NCBI GenBank assembly: GCA_000165425.1
Contig: CT868285.1
Location: forward strand, 186,001 to 250,000
Reading direction: 5' to 3'
Origin: Paramecium tetraurelia
Lineage: Eukaryota
Length of the DNA: 64,000 nucleotides
The translations under genes were made by a program, and so were the position numbers. The notes below the pieces were generated by a model that did not search any database, had not been told where the DNA came from, and saw nothing but the letters and a program-made list of their open reading frames with translations. Of the stretch, positions 44,019 through 56,973 are shown in pieces (within the stretch, counting starts at the first letter, position 1; each line of letters starts with the position of its first letter).

Positions 44019-45509
44019 TCAAATATTGACAACTGATTTGTTATTTTCAAATCCTAGTTTCTAATAGATCAGATTATTAGTTGAAATCAAGACTTATTAC
44101 CTTTCCATTAATTGCTTGAAGTCATTTTTCAAGAGACTGAATTAATTAGTGATTTCTTCATTCAAACTATTCTCATCCTATTTGGTTTTATGCTATCTGT
44201 GTGTCATTTTAAAATTAATCAAAGTCTGTTTTAATCTAACTATTAATTGATGGTGTTATTTTCGAGTCAAAGTCCCATTTCTAAAATAATATTTGAATTT
44301 TTATTACTTATAACCAAGAGCAGCTTTGGCTGTAAGTATGATAACTAAGGCAGCTTCATGCTTAAGTTTTTCTCTTAAGGCAACTCTCTCTAAAACAGTG
44401 ATTGCATGTCCTTCAAGGGAAGTGACCTTGAGAGATTCAATTAAAGTAACAACCATAACTGAAACTACGAAGATTCCAAGAACACAAACTATAAATATAA
44501 CAAATCTGCCTAGATCAGTTCTAGTGTAGAAATCACCATAACCTACAGTCGTTATTGTAATAATGATATTCCATAGAGCATTTTCAAACAGTCCTAGATT
44601 GTTGCTTGAAGAATCATTTCTTGAGAGTGGTCTTTCGCAAATCCTTACTGCATATCCGAAGATACAGATTAAAGAGATCAATGCTATAAATAAGGCAGTG
44701 TACGGCATTGTTCTTAGTAAGGATTTGGCCACAAACATGTAATTGGATTCACATGCGTATAAATTACAAACTCTTTAAGTTCTGTTGTTGTACCAGAAAG
44801 TAAGGGTTAACAGAGTTCTATATAAGTAGATAACTCTGCAAATCATAATCAAAGCTAAGATCTCATTCACCTTGATATAGGCTTCACTTCCTTAAATTGA
44901 ATTGTAAAAGTTGACTCTGATTCCTTTAGTAAATGGGAGTGGAATAATACAATATACTGCTAATTCTATGAGCATAGGTAGCCAATCATCAGTATGCCAT
45001 ATTTAATCACCTGGAGCCATCGATTTTCTTGATTTCATCCATTCAATATGAGCTTAATAACGATAAACAGTTAAAAAAACCAATAGACATGATGATACAA
45101 ATACTAACCATAATAACCATAAAGAAATCTAAAATTATCTTTAACATTACATCTTTCATGGGATCATCGTCAGTAATTTCTTCATATTCTAAATCATATT
45201 AGATAACACTAATTCCTAATCCCATTAAATTGAATGCAAAACAAACCTACTCCATAAATAAAAATTTGTGAAAATACATTTTTGTTACCTATCAAATATT
45301 CCCAGATAATACTTTTCCATCCTCCAACCCTCCTAATTACTAGGAATTAGCCATAAATATTTCAGCAAGCGATATTTTGTTTTAATCTGCTTTCCTTACC
45401 AATTGATCGTTCTCTTATTACCTTCGATTTTGGTTTTACTAATGAAAGCAATAATCATTAAAGTTACATTGCTCATCTTAGCTGTTAAACCTCCTGTTCT
45501 TCCTTTCAT
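44019..45509 (-). CDS. SK/KCNN-like Ca2+-activated K+ channel, copy A
   Basis: 6TM; ICERP, ITITTVGYGDFY pore, TDLGR; SK-like S4-S5 region; CaM-binding-like helix and C-terminal coiled coil. Confidence 0.9.
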
Positions 45510-45614
45510 TTATATTATATTATTATATTATTATTTTATTTCAAATTCCAAACTCAATTTTAACATTCAAATGTTCTCTTCTTTACTTTGAGTCATGGAA
45601 CCATCATAAAGATG

Positions 45615-46963
45615 TCACTTCTTTTCTGATAAAACGACATTCAACTTTTCCATCAATTATTTTGAAAGTTACTCTTATTTTTCTAATTTTTCCATCACTA
45701 ATCTGACATCCCAATTTTATTCATTTCTTAATTACTTTAGATCCAATCCCAAAAATCCAATATGATTTATAATATTTGCACTTTAATCGTCCAATCCAAA
45801 TTTGTTCTATTGTTGCAATGCAAACTTGAAATTATGCAAAGCTAATCTTAAATCTATCTCTATTTAATGTTATTTTTTTTCTGTCAAAGTACCATTCCTT
45901 CAATTATTAACGTAAATTTACCTCCATCTAAATGCTTGTTACATACTTAATTTAATCACTTGGGCAGCTTAGTTTTTGACTATTTCACGCAAACGTATTC
46001 TTTCCAAAAGGGACATGGTCTAACTCTCAATGGGTGTTGCTTTGAGTGATTCAATAAAAGCCACAATCATGACAGACATTAAAAATACTCCAACAATACA
46101 AACTATTATAACAACAAATCTGCCTAAATCTGTCCTAGGATAGTAATCACCATAACCAACAAATGTTATTGTTATAATAATACACCAAACACTATTATAA
46201 TATACTCCCAAATTATCAATATTTTCATTAAATCTTGTTAATGGTCTTTCACAAATTCTTAATTGATAGCCAAACACAAAAATAAGGGATAATAACATTA
46301 AAAATTAAGTAAGGTAAGGAGATGTTTTTAAAAGAGATTTTACAACAAACAAATAGTTATGCTCGCAAGAATAGAGATCGCAAACTCTTAATGTTCTATT
46401 GCTGGACCAAAACGTCAACGTCAAGACTGTCCTATAGAGATAGATTGCTCTAACGACCATTAATAGTGTAAGCATTTCATTGATATGATAATAGGCTTCT
46501 GCTCCCTGAGCCACATTGTAAAAAGAAATCCTCACGGTCTCTGTTATTGATAAAGGTATTAGACAGTATACTCCAATCTCAATTATCATGTAGAAATTCT
46601 CATCGATTTCATAGAATTTTTCTCTTGGGCCAATCACTCCTCTAGACTTTAACCATTTTATTTTGGTCTAATAACGATAAAATGTAAAGTATATCAAGAG
46701 AAGTGATGAACCAGCTATCATCCATAGCAGCCATTACGATATCTAATCTACATGATTTCTATACATCTCTAAATGGATCATCAGAGTCGTATTCTTCAAA
46801 TTCCAATTCATACTAGATTGCTGCCAAAATTATCCCAACGAGATTGAAGACAAAGCAAACTTTCTCCATGAATTCAAATTTCAGAAAATAGAGATTTGTA
46901 ACCTAGTAGTAGAACTAATCATACTCTTCCATCTTCTAAGCCCTTAAGCCCTATTATTTTCAT
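45615..46963 (-). CDS. SK/KCNN-like K+ channel, copy B (atypical FVGYG filter)
   Basis: Colinear paralog of copy A with the same early intron after DG(K/R); pore ITITFVGYGDYYPRTDLGR. Confidence 0.88.
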
Positions 46964-46992
46964 TTATAATTTTTATATGAAAAATAATCGTA

Positions 46993-48639
46993 TCACTTTT
47001 TATTAACACATTAATTAATCAAGTCAAGCTTCTGCATCAATGCAAACTACTAATTACTAACTGTCGTAATCAGTTTAATTACCTATCCTAATACTTGCTA
47101 ATTGTAGTTGAAAATTTAAATCATCTCTACTTGATTGGGCAATTATAACATCTTATCCATGTATTCTTATTAAATACACCCTTGCGTGATCTGACTTGAC
47201 TGTGTTTATAGGGGATTCGCTTCAGAATCATTTTACGGTTAAACTTCTCCTCGCTAACATTATAATGAAGATTAATTTGTAGGATTAGTTTGATCCCTCA
47301 ATTGAGAAGTACATACTTAATAAATTTGGGGTTGCTGTTATAATTTGAGTGATTCTATAGGTAAATTATGATCCAACTTTTCAGGTGGTTATGTCATATT
47401 CTAATGCTAAGAATTAGAAGTCTTTTATTCTACTTATTGCTATTATTTATTTAACTACTCATGTGATTCTACATTAGAATTGATTATTCGCTCTTCTGTG
47501 AAATTTAATACTGGTTATTATTAATTTACCTAAAGAGAATTGTGATCCTGGTTTTATTGAAAATGTTGAATTTTTTAAGAGATTTAATTTTAATTCGTAT
47601 GATTTACTTATATTTTATTTTGTATCTACTGAGTTTATTATTAAGTGACTCCATGTTCGAACATCTTATTTTATCTGATTGCAAACTATTATTATTATAC
47701 TGGATTCTATGCCTTTTTCTTACTTAGAAGAGTCAGATCTGACAAAGTTTATAGTTTATTACTTATATCTTATTTTTTGAAACTTTATTTTGATTTTATT
47801 TTTGAGGTTTCAATTATTTAATTTTACTTAATGGCCTCTTTATCAAGTACAATTAAGGATTTGTGTTGTTTTTCATTTCTTGATTAATTTGTCTATTCTA
47901 TTAATTTAATTTAACTCATTCCCTATTAGTCTTTTTCCTTCTCCAGACGTATTAAATTATTCATCTAATTAAGCTATTATTTTTATATTTTTTATGAATA
48001 AAATTAATCTTGATTTTATTGAACCTTGATATCTATATTTTAAGATAAACTTCCTTTATGATTTTATTATTTGTTTGATACCTCCTATTTTTCATGTTGT
48101 TATAATAAATTTTTGTTTGAATGAAATCGATTGGCATTCTAATTTTCTTATAAACTTTTTTCTTGGGTTTTACAATCTTCAAATGATTGTTATTAAGATT
48201 ATCTAATAACTAAATTGATATGTTTTGTTTAAGCTTTTTCAAGTGTTTTATCAGCACTTGATTTGGTTGAATCAATTTTATTAATTTTTACCTTTATTTT
48301 TGAGACTTCGTTCACTTTTATATCTTTTTTTGGTGATTTAAATGAAATCTGTATTTATTTCTTTTGAGCATCCTCCTCCTTAACCAAATTTTATTTATTT
48401 AACAACCCTTTGTTTTCCACTCCACTTCCAATAAATTAACATTCCGTATCTTCGACTGGTGATATATCTATTTCAAAATCTTCTTCAACTCTTTTCTCTT
48501 CCAACCACTAATGAATTGTTTAATATGGGATTTTGAGTATATAGCTTACGTATTTAATATCAACCTCATTTGGATTGTCTCCCAATTTTTCTAAGGCGGA
48601 TAGTTTCAAATCTATGTCACTTTAGACTTGTAAATTCAT
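46993..48639 (-). CDS. Coiled-coil / Q-rich protein with N-terminal HTH-like motif
   Basis: About 548 aa, start and stop in the same frame; N-terminal DLKLSALEKL..IKYVSYILKIPYQTIHQWLEEK. Confidence 0.7.
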
Positions 48640-48738
48640 CAGAATATTTTGATTAATATTTTTGGGGTTTGATAAGTGGTTTTCAAATATAAACAGGAGA
48701 TTTGGACTTAATTTTTTTGTTTTTTATTATATATTAAT

Positions 48739-50875
48739 ATGTAAGGAATAGTAACTGAGTAATTTGCAGGGACTTTGAATCATGCATTTCGGGAACTTAT
48801 TAGAAGATAACTACATTCTATGAAAGAGTTCGATGAGCTTAGTGCTGAATTTTAGAAACATACTGACAAGATGAAGATCACTCAAACCTATTAACCAATG
48901 ATTGAGATATTTACATAAATAAATAAATGGATGATTGATAGATTGGAAAAGGGACAACATTTCACTGACTAGATCATGACTCAAAAGAAGACTTATGAGA
49001 CCATTGCATAACAGGAAAGAAGTGTGTGTTTAGAGATCTGTAAATTGGATTTAAATCGTTTGAACAGTCTGAAACAGTGTTTCTTTCATTATCAATAATA
49101 GTATATTATTGATAATATGTGTTAGTCTGAAGAAAGAATGGCAAAGGGACTTTGTGGAATACCAATTGCTGTATTTAACATGCCAAGAATATTAATTAGA
49201 CTATCCTCAATTATTAGCTGCAATCTAAAAGTTAGAGGATAAGAACAACTTACTCTTGGACCTGTTTAAGTCACACAACAAAGAAAGAGGATTCCTGTAT
49301 TAATTTTATTTAAAATACGCAAAATTGAGAGTGTAATACTTTGAAGCCACTAAATATAACGGTGAACAATTGAAAAAGTTGGCAGTCATTATTCAAAGAA
49401 ACAGCAATGGTTTGGTTAATATGATTTAGAATGACTAAACACTTCAGCATGATTAACTTCTATTAGAGTTGTAGAAATCAATAAGTTTCCATGTTGAAAT
49501 TCATTAGGAAATATTGGATATCCTCAATTAACTAATTAAATTCGCTGAACAATCCAATGATAGTCTAAAATCCAAATACACGAAGTATATGCAATTAGTA
49601 TTAGAAATGCAATCAACTTCGAATCAAACCAATTTCCATGATTGTAAATTAATAATACTATTAGATTCGCAGTTTTGATGCAGCAAATGAGTCTTACTCT
49701 ATCAGGCATGGTGTAATCCAATATTGTAAGAGATAGATGCTTCAATAATTTTATTATTGAATTAAGTGAACTCATTCATTTTAGAATTAATAATTTGAAT
49801 TGTAAAGCTAATGATAACTTAAAAGAAGCTGTCCAACAATATAATAAGAGTAGTTATAGTCTTACTTATTTAAGATTAACAATTGCATCATCAAATGAGA
49901 GGAGAGTAGTAATGGAATGATATGCTCTTGAGACAAAAAGAGATTTATGAGAGACAATTGAAAGAATATTAAAATGTGTTGTAATTCAGAAAGCAAAGCT
50001 ATTTAAAGGATCAGAGCAGATTTTGCAATAACCCAAAGGTTATCAATCTCTCCTCTTTAGATTTGCCATTGACAGCCAAAGAATTCTTTAAGTTGTTTCT
50101 TAGCAGTGATGAATAAAACTTCTTTGCTCATTCAAAACTAATGTAATGAAGGAAATCTAAGTGAAATATACTCAATACGAACCTGCTCCACCCAGTTTCT
50201 TTGTCCATGAGGAGAACTTCGATATTAAAGAACTGATCGATCAATGTTGTGCCAGCAAAAGAGTTATTACTTATAAATAGCCTAACCGAGATAAACTCAA
50301 AATATTCAGTCCAGAATATGTTAATTGTAAATGTGAATAGTTTGTTTACTTCATATGTGATGCTGAAATCATGGTTGAACAAGAGGTTTTCAATGATGCA
50401 AATCAATATTGCTCTCTCAGAAAATACATGCATATTATTCAAACCAATAATAATGAAGTCACTTTACAGTACTCTTATATTTATTCATCTTAGTTATGGC
50501 TACTACAAGCATGAACTGAAGTTTAATATATTTGGATTACTTGATTACTTTTCAAATTCAGAAGAAAAGGATATCTATGAATAATAATTATAGCCTGCCA
50601 TGGTTAAATGTGTTCAATAATATTTATAAAATAAAGAAAATCTTAAGGAAGAAAGAAAAAGACAATTTATTCTCAATAATAATATAGATTATATGCTTAA
50701 CCAATAAAGTGAAGTCAATCCATAGCCGTTTTAACCAAATATTCCATTCATTAAATAAGCAAACTAATTGGCATCTAACAAATGGACGATGGCCAATATG
50801 TTAAGTTAGGAGAGTCTTATGAAATTAATATTTTTATTACTCCTTCTGAATTTTTTCAAACCACAAGTAGTTTGA
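48739..50875 (+). CDS. BAR-like helical region plus VASt/StART-like domain and C-terminal hydrophobic tail; apparent 1-nt frameshift near 50130
   Basis: After removing four tiny introns: LPLTAKEFFKLFLSSD..KRVITYKQP..FSPEYVNCKCEQ.. resembles a VASt domain. The frame breaks at GCTCATTCAAAA. Confidence 0.6.
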
Positions 50876-51534
50876 TATATAGTTATTTATTACAGAATAT
50901 ATCAATTATTATTCAAATAAAAATTCATTAAATAATAAATGATTCTAATATCTCACATTTTCTATTACTCTTTCATATTGTATTTTTAATTATACCCAAT
51001 TTTTTAATAATTTTAGTAAAGAAATTTTTCTATAAAATATAAATTAAACTCTTCTAGTGCTTTTTTTTAAATTATTTCCATATATATTTTTATATTGAAT
51101 GTTAGACTAGAACCGCCTTATCTACTATATAAAAAAATGTTAATCTTTAACATAATAAATGTAATTAAGAAAGATGAAATTGAAAATATAAACAAAATTT
51201 TATAAATTACTCAATGTATCCATTATACTAAAACAAGGCATCTAAAAACATTTGAACTGAACTTCTCGCTTTTCTTTAGCAAACTCCATGTTGTTTCCTA
51301 TTTCAATAAGCGTTACAACCTCTTAAATAAAATCAGTTTATCAAAAGATTTTTCTCATTATGGTAATTCTTCAAAAATCTTACAATAGAGTGTTATGTAT
51401 TGATAAAAAATTAAATACAGCTTATAAAATCAAGAAATTTAGAATTATTTAAATTTTGTAATTCTGTTCATTAATGTACATAATATGTATATAAATATGT
51501 GGAATATTATTTGAAAAACCAAATTATTATTAAT

Positions 51535-52020
51535 ATGTCTCATTTAGTTCACTCTCAACTGAATGAATCTGAAATACAGTAAATAACCTACCCAAATCTA
51601 GCAGAAGTGAGATATGAGGAAAACACGGATAAAGTATTCGTAGGAATTCCTACTCAAAATCATTATATTTAAAGTGGTAATAAATTCTATAAAATTTTAG
51701 GCATTCCACTTCCAACAGGTTTCCTTGTCACTCCTGTGTATAATACAGATTCAAATGGAACTAATGTGCCATATGATGCTCAAGGATCAATAATTCCTAT
51801 CTAAATATAGTGTAAATTCTGCAAGAGGTCTGGAACTACTCTAATGTAACATAGAGCTGGTCCATAAACTTGGATTGTAGCATTTTTCATTTTTATATTT
51901 TTCTTGCCTCTTGTTTTTCTACCCTTTGTATTGAAAAGTTGCAAAGATAAAGTTCACTATTGTCCTAACTGCGGATAATGTGTCGGCAAAAAGAAATTCA
52001 AACTCTGTAACAGTGATTGA
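51535..52020 (+). CDS. LITAF-domain protein
   Basis: CKFC..GPQTW + hydrophobic stretch + CKDKVHYCPNCGQCVG; one intron near 51677-51700. Confidence 0.9.
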
Positions 52021-52185
52021 TATTTATATTGTTTTAAGACTTACAAGATATATTAAATGCACCATTAATTAAAAAATAGATCATATATCATTAAGATACT
52101 CTATTCTTATATGACCTCAATAATATCATTAAAAAATTAATATTAAAAGTATAAAAAAATAAGGATATTATAAGAAAACAGTTTG

Positions 52186-54523
52186 TCAATTTATCGAATC
52201 TTCATTTTCATCATCTTTGTCTTCATCATCATCTTCTTCTTCACTAATTATCTGTTAAGTATCTTAAATATACTCATCTTCTGAGTTAATTTAAACTTAC
52301 ATTTATTTATTAACAGAGTTAAGCTTAGGAATCACTTATTGTATTTCTCTCCTCCATAAGACCCTAAATAAATTATAAATATTACTGATGAGTAAATACT
52401 ATTTCATCTTAGTCCTGCTAAAATATAAAATTTGGATGGTTGATTTTACTTGAATTTGGTTTCCCAATTTTGTAATCATCTATTTTTACATCATAAACAT
52501 ATTCAGAAGCTAATAAAATATCAAAAATATCTTGACATTTTTACTTCAACTTATCTTCTATACTTATTAATTTTTGATTAATAATCTATTAGTAATTAAT
52601 ACCACCATTATCAGGATTGTTATTCGGCAAAGCTTTAGAATCAACCTAACTGTCTTAGACCTCTGCCGGTATTTATATCTATTCATTGACTTTTATTTCT
52701 TATTTTTATTCCGGAATTGCTGAATTATTTAAATTCTGTCTTTACTTTGTGAAGGACCTTGGAGAATTCCTTTTTGAATCCCACAACTCAGCTGCTTCCT
52801 TTATTTCACTGATATGTTTGCCATTCACAATTAAATTTAGAGGCTTCTATTAAATTTTAGTCTAATTTTATATAGAATTTTCAATTGTTTACTCTTAATA
52901 CTATATTCTTTATTATTCTTAGTTATATTCATACAACTATTATTTTTTAGCTCTAATTATTTCATAAATTTCTTTCATATTTGTAGTATCATCAGCAGGT
53001 CTTAAACTGAAAGTCTTTAGAATTGCTTATTTTGGTTGAGCAAGTATAATTGGTTCTTCAATTTATAATATAGTATTTTCAGATTATCCCCTTGAAAAAA
53101 TTTTGGGTTTGAATAATTAATTAAATTCTCTTAGCTTTTTTATAATTTTTTATCTTCGCTGTTTTTCATTTTCTTTTTGTAACGGATCTTATTCTTCTTC
53201 ATCAATTTAAGCTTAATTTGTAATTTTCTGTTTCTCTTTCTTTCTTCTTCTAGTATCATCACTATCTTTAATATTAGAATTTTTTAAAGAAGAATCCACT
53301 ATTTCTGAGAGACTAGATTAATCTGATTGATTTCTATCGTTTTTAGGTTGTTAATTCTTCTTTCTTTATCTACTTTTTTTATTAGAAACTTTCTTCTCAG
53401 GGATAATCTATTCGATTTGTGAGGTTTCCTCCTTAATGATTTCTTACTAATGAACAATAGTTGGTTCTGTCATAATCAAATCTTCAGTTTAACTGATAGC
53501 AGCCTCCACAATGGGTTCATGAATTTCACTAGTTTTATGACTCAATATTTTTGGAGTAGTTCTTTTGGATTGTTGAATTTCTTAGATGATATGATCTGCA
53601 ATGATTTCTAATTTATTTTCAAGAAAGCTATCTATAGTATCTTCTTTGATTTAATAATATTCATTGTAATCACTCATTTAAATGATATACTTTTCTGGTA
53701 TTTTAATAGTGAAGGCTTTTTCATGAATTCTAGTTACAATTTCTGCATATTATTCTATCATTGTTGACATTCTAAATCATAATATGAATGTACTTCAAAT
53801 CATAGTTGAATCTGTCATCCTTTAGAAACGTTTCCATTTATTTTAATAATCTCTATTGAATAAGTTCACTTGAAATTACTTATTTAGTAACAATCTTATT
53901 ATTTCCAAGAATAAATATTTCCATAGCCTTCATGGATTTTTCTAAGAATTAATTAAATCAAAAGGTATACTTTCAGTCTTGACTGTGTACTTGTTAGAAC
54001 ATAGAGATTTATTCAACAATTCCTCATTTTTTACTTATTGGAGTAATTCCAATTCCTTTAATGAAGAAGTTAATTTACTACTCATTATATTTGATTTCTA
54101 GTTGTTTTTTTTGAGGTAGGCATCAACCTTCTTTTTGAAATCTGAAACCATAAGTTTAGTTTAAAGTTCATTATATTTAGAAAAGCTTAATTCTTGATTA
54201 CTATGGATTGATAATGGTAGTAGTACATAGGGGTTTTTGAAATGTCTTTATTTTCTTTGACATTATATATTGTAGTATGATTATAGTAGTCGTTTGGATC
54301 ATCCTTCTTATTGGAGAGGGCATGCTTGGATCAGAATAACAAAATTTAATTACCAGTTTTTGTTAAGCTAAATTTTTTTTCGTTCGCGAAGTACGCATTT
54401 CCTAAGAGAGACTAAGTTAAAACTCTCTGTGTACTTTAAATAGTGATTGTTATTAAGATTGGGTAATCGATTGTAACGAGTAGGTTTAATCCCCAAATAC
54501 TCTACACTAAATTGTTAATTCAT
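52186..54523 (-). CDS. Hypothetical low-complexity protein with acidic C-terminus
   Basis: Long ciliate-code ORF with several tiny introns; ends EEEDDDEDKDDENEDSIN*. Confidence 0.65.
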
Positions 54524-55129
54524 ATTATTAATTAAATTAATTACAAGAATTTTATGTCCATTCCTTATAATTGGGGATGTACCTAAATGGGGATTATTCT
54601 AAAATTTATAACTTGAAATTTCAATTTATCATTTGTAATCAACATGGATAAAAATAAATAGTAGATAACAAATTTCAATTGAATGAGCCTATAAATTATT
54701 TTATGAAAGAGATTGTATTAGATTTTTACAAAAAATTGACACTTGAAATTAAAGCTTAAAGTAAAAGGAGAAATGAAAAGTAAGATGCCCAACTATCTAT
54801 CATTAATTGAACTGCTTCAATCTCTTTAAACCAAAAAATGATAAAATATTTAATGTTTGAAAGAATGATATATAATAAATATAAGGTAGAGCATATCCTA
54901 TTTTTGAAAGTAACTATTTAAATATATAGTTTATATATTTTCTTTGTAAAATAATGTTATTTTATACAGCACTTTAACACAAAAATAGATTTCAGCTTAA
55001 CTGTTTACTAATGACCAAAAGAGTCGATAACAAGCATGTTACTTATCATATTTATAATTAGATCAGATTTATCTATTGAGAATTGCAAAAATATCTTGGA
55101 TATTATTATCATATTTTATAAATGCATTT

Positions 55130-55420
55130 CATTCACTTGCTGAGTGTTCTCGTTTTTAACACTATACTTTAAACTTAAACAGCATGGCCTAAAATTCATA
55201 GTCAATTGTAAAGATTTAGACTCAACAAGAAGATAAACAAATGAGATACAAAAGATAAGTAGATAGCCTAATTTATGCTTTAATAGAATTACACATGGTG
55301 CCATTCTTACATATTTTATTTTAGTAATATTGTTATTCCTATATTTATATTTATAGAATTAATCTTATTTATAATTTTGTATTGTGCTCAAATTTATCTC
55401 GCTTGGACTTTATTTTAATA
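55130..55420 (-). pseudogene. Possible SERP1/RAMP4-like remnant
   Basis: Fragments IKSKRDKFEHN.., MAP.., LFIFLL..G.AV.. separated by intron-like stretches. No clean start or continuous frame. Confidence 0.3.
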
Positions 55421-55449
55421 AAATATTTAATTATTAAATTTGTGGTGAA

Positions 55450-56686
55450 ATGAGCAAAGTAGAGAACAAAAAAATATTCGCTTTGATGACAGGAGCAGCA
55501 GTCTTAACTGGGACCAGCATTCTGCTTTACAGATTTTTGAAGAAGACAGATGGGTATGTATCTTTAAATATGGAATAGGAAGACAATTATTGATCCTTAG
55601 GTTATTGACAGGGAAACTATCATCAAAATTTTAAAGGAATTAAAGAAGGAGCTTTTCACTGTATTTCAAAATTTTGCAGCTGTTGCTATTAATATTAAAC
55701 AATAATCAATGGGAAGGGCCAGACCTGAAGATATCAAAATGATGCTCTTGGAATAGCGTAAGACTTGCAATATCTAATGTAGCTATGTTTAGAGGGGAGA
55801 TCGAGTAAGTCGAAGAAATGGTATACAACTAATTTAGAATCACAAAATAACAGGTTGAGCACTATTGCCAAAATGTCTATCGTGATGACCCAACAATCAA
55901 AGAGTTACAAAAGCAAATGAAGGAGTCTTTCGATAGATCTTTTTCAGGCTAATCTCCAGATCCTAAAACTGATATCCCAGCCTTTCTTACAGCTGATACA
56001 ACTTTTGAAATTCTTGAGAAAGTAATGACTGAAAGTGCCTTGAAATTAAATGAGAAATTGCTAGAATTACAAGATAGAGGTGAATAAATCAATTTCTAAA
56101 GTCCCAAAATGATGGAAATTATGCAATCTCTTAAAATGGACAGTTCTAAGTAAAATCTTTAACTCATACTAGAAAGGATATCTTAGAATAGTATGGATTG
56201 AATAAATTTGAAGATCCAGGAAGCAAAATTTTATAATATGCCACCTAAGTTTATAGTCAATAAGCAAATAGCAGTTTCAATCTTAAAATGAAGCAATTAG
56301 ATATGAAATATTAATCTATCATGGAATAACTCATCATGCAAGGACCCATGAGTAATGAAGAATTGAAACAAAGAATGGAATAAGTTCCATAATAATAAGC
56401 ACAATTCCCATTCTAAGGTGCTCAATAACCACAAATCCCTCCAAAACATGAAGAATAGAAATAACAAGAAGAATAACCCAAAGAAGTAGCATAGGTAAAT
56501 GTAAATGAGGAACCTGAAATATAGAATTAAGAAGCTTAAGAGTAATAATAAGAATAATAATAATAATAAGAATAATAATAATAACAATAATAAGAAGCAG
56601 AAGGAGAATAACATGCAAATCAACCCTAAGATCAACCAGTTCCAGAATAATAATAGGTTTAGCCAGAAAACCAAGAACTCAACTGA
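55450..56686 (+). CDS. N-terminally anchored membrane protein with Q/E-rich tail
   Basis: Single TM (IFALMTGAAVLTGTSILLY) followed by basic residues; three tiny introns; QQE repeats at about 56520-56610. Confidence 0.75.
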
Positions 56687-56730
56687 GTATTTTTATTACA
56701 AATATGATCAATATTAATATTAATTATTTG

Positions 56731-56973
56731 ATGAATTCCCAAATATCTGGTATTTTAAAAGCATCCAAAAAAGATATCCAGACCTCATAGAGATGCGATA
56801 AATTTAAGAACATAATTGCTTAAGGATCAAAAAAACATAGAATTGCATTCATAGATGAGATAGACAAATAATAATCTCTGATCTAAGTGCATGAGGTAGA
56901 GAACTGGAAAATATACAATGTCGAAGAACCTTTATAAGATGCTAAATAATCCTGCGGATGTATTATCATTTGA
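56731..56973 (+). CDS. 80-aa protein with PP1-docking motifs and CaaX box
   Basis: MNSQISGILKASKKDIQTSQRCDKFKNIIAQGSKKHRIAFIDEIDKQQSLIQVHEVENWKIYNVEEPLQDAKQSCGCIII*. Confidence 0.75.

Noticed and set aside
45567..45617. Short open stretch after the TGA of K+ channel copy B (possible readthrough)
   Set aside because: With TGA as the only stop, short open frames are expected by chance.
56297..56717. Leu/Ile-rich and Asn-rich ORFs in the ORF track
   Set aside because: Shadows of the Q/E-rich tail (TAA=Gln) of the gene at 55450-56686.
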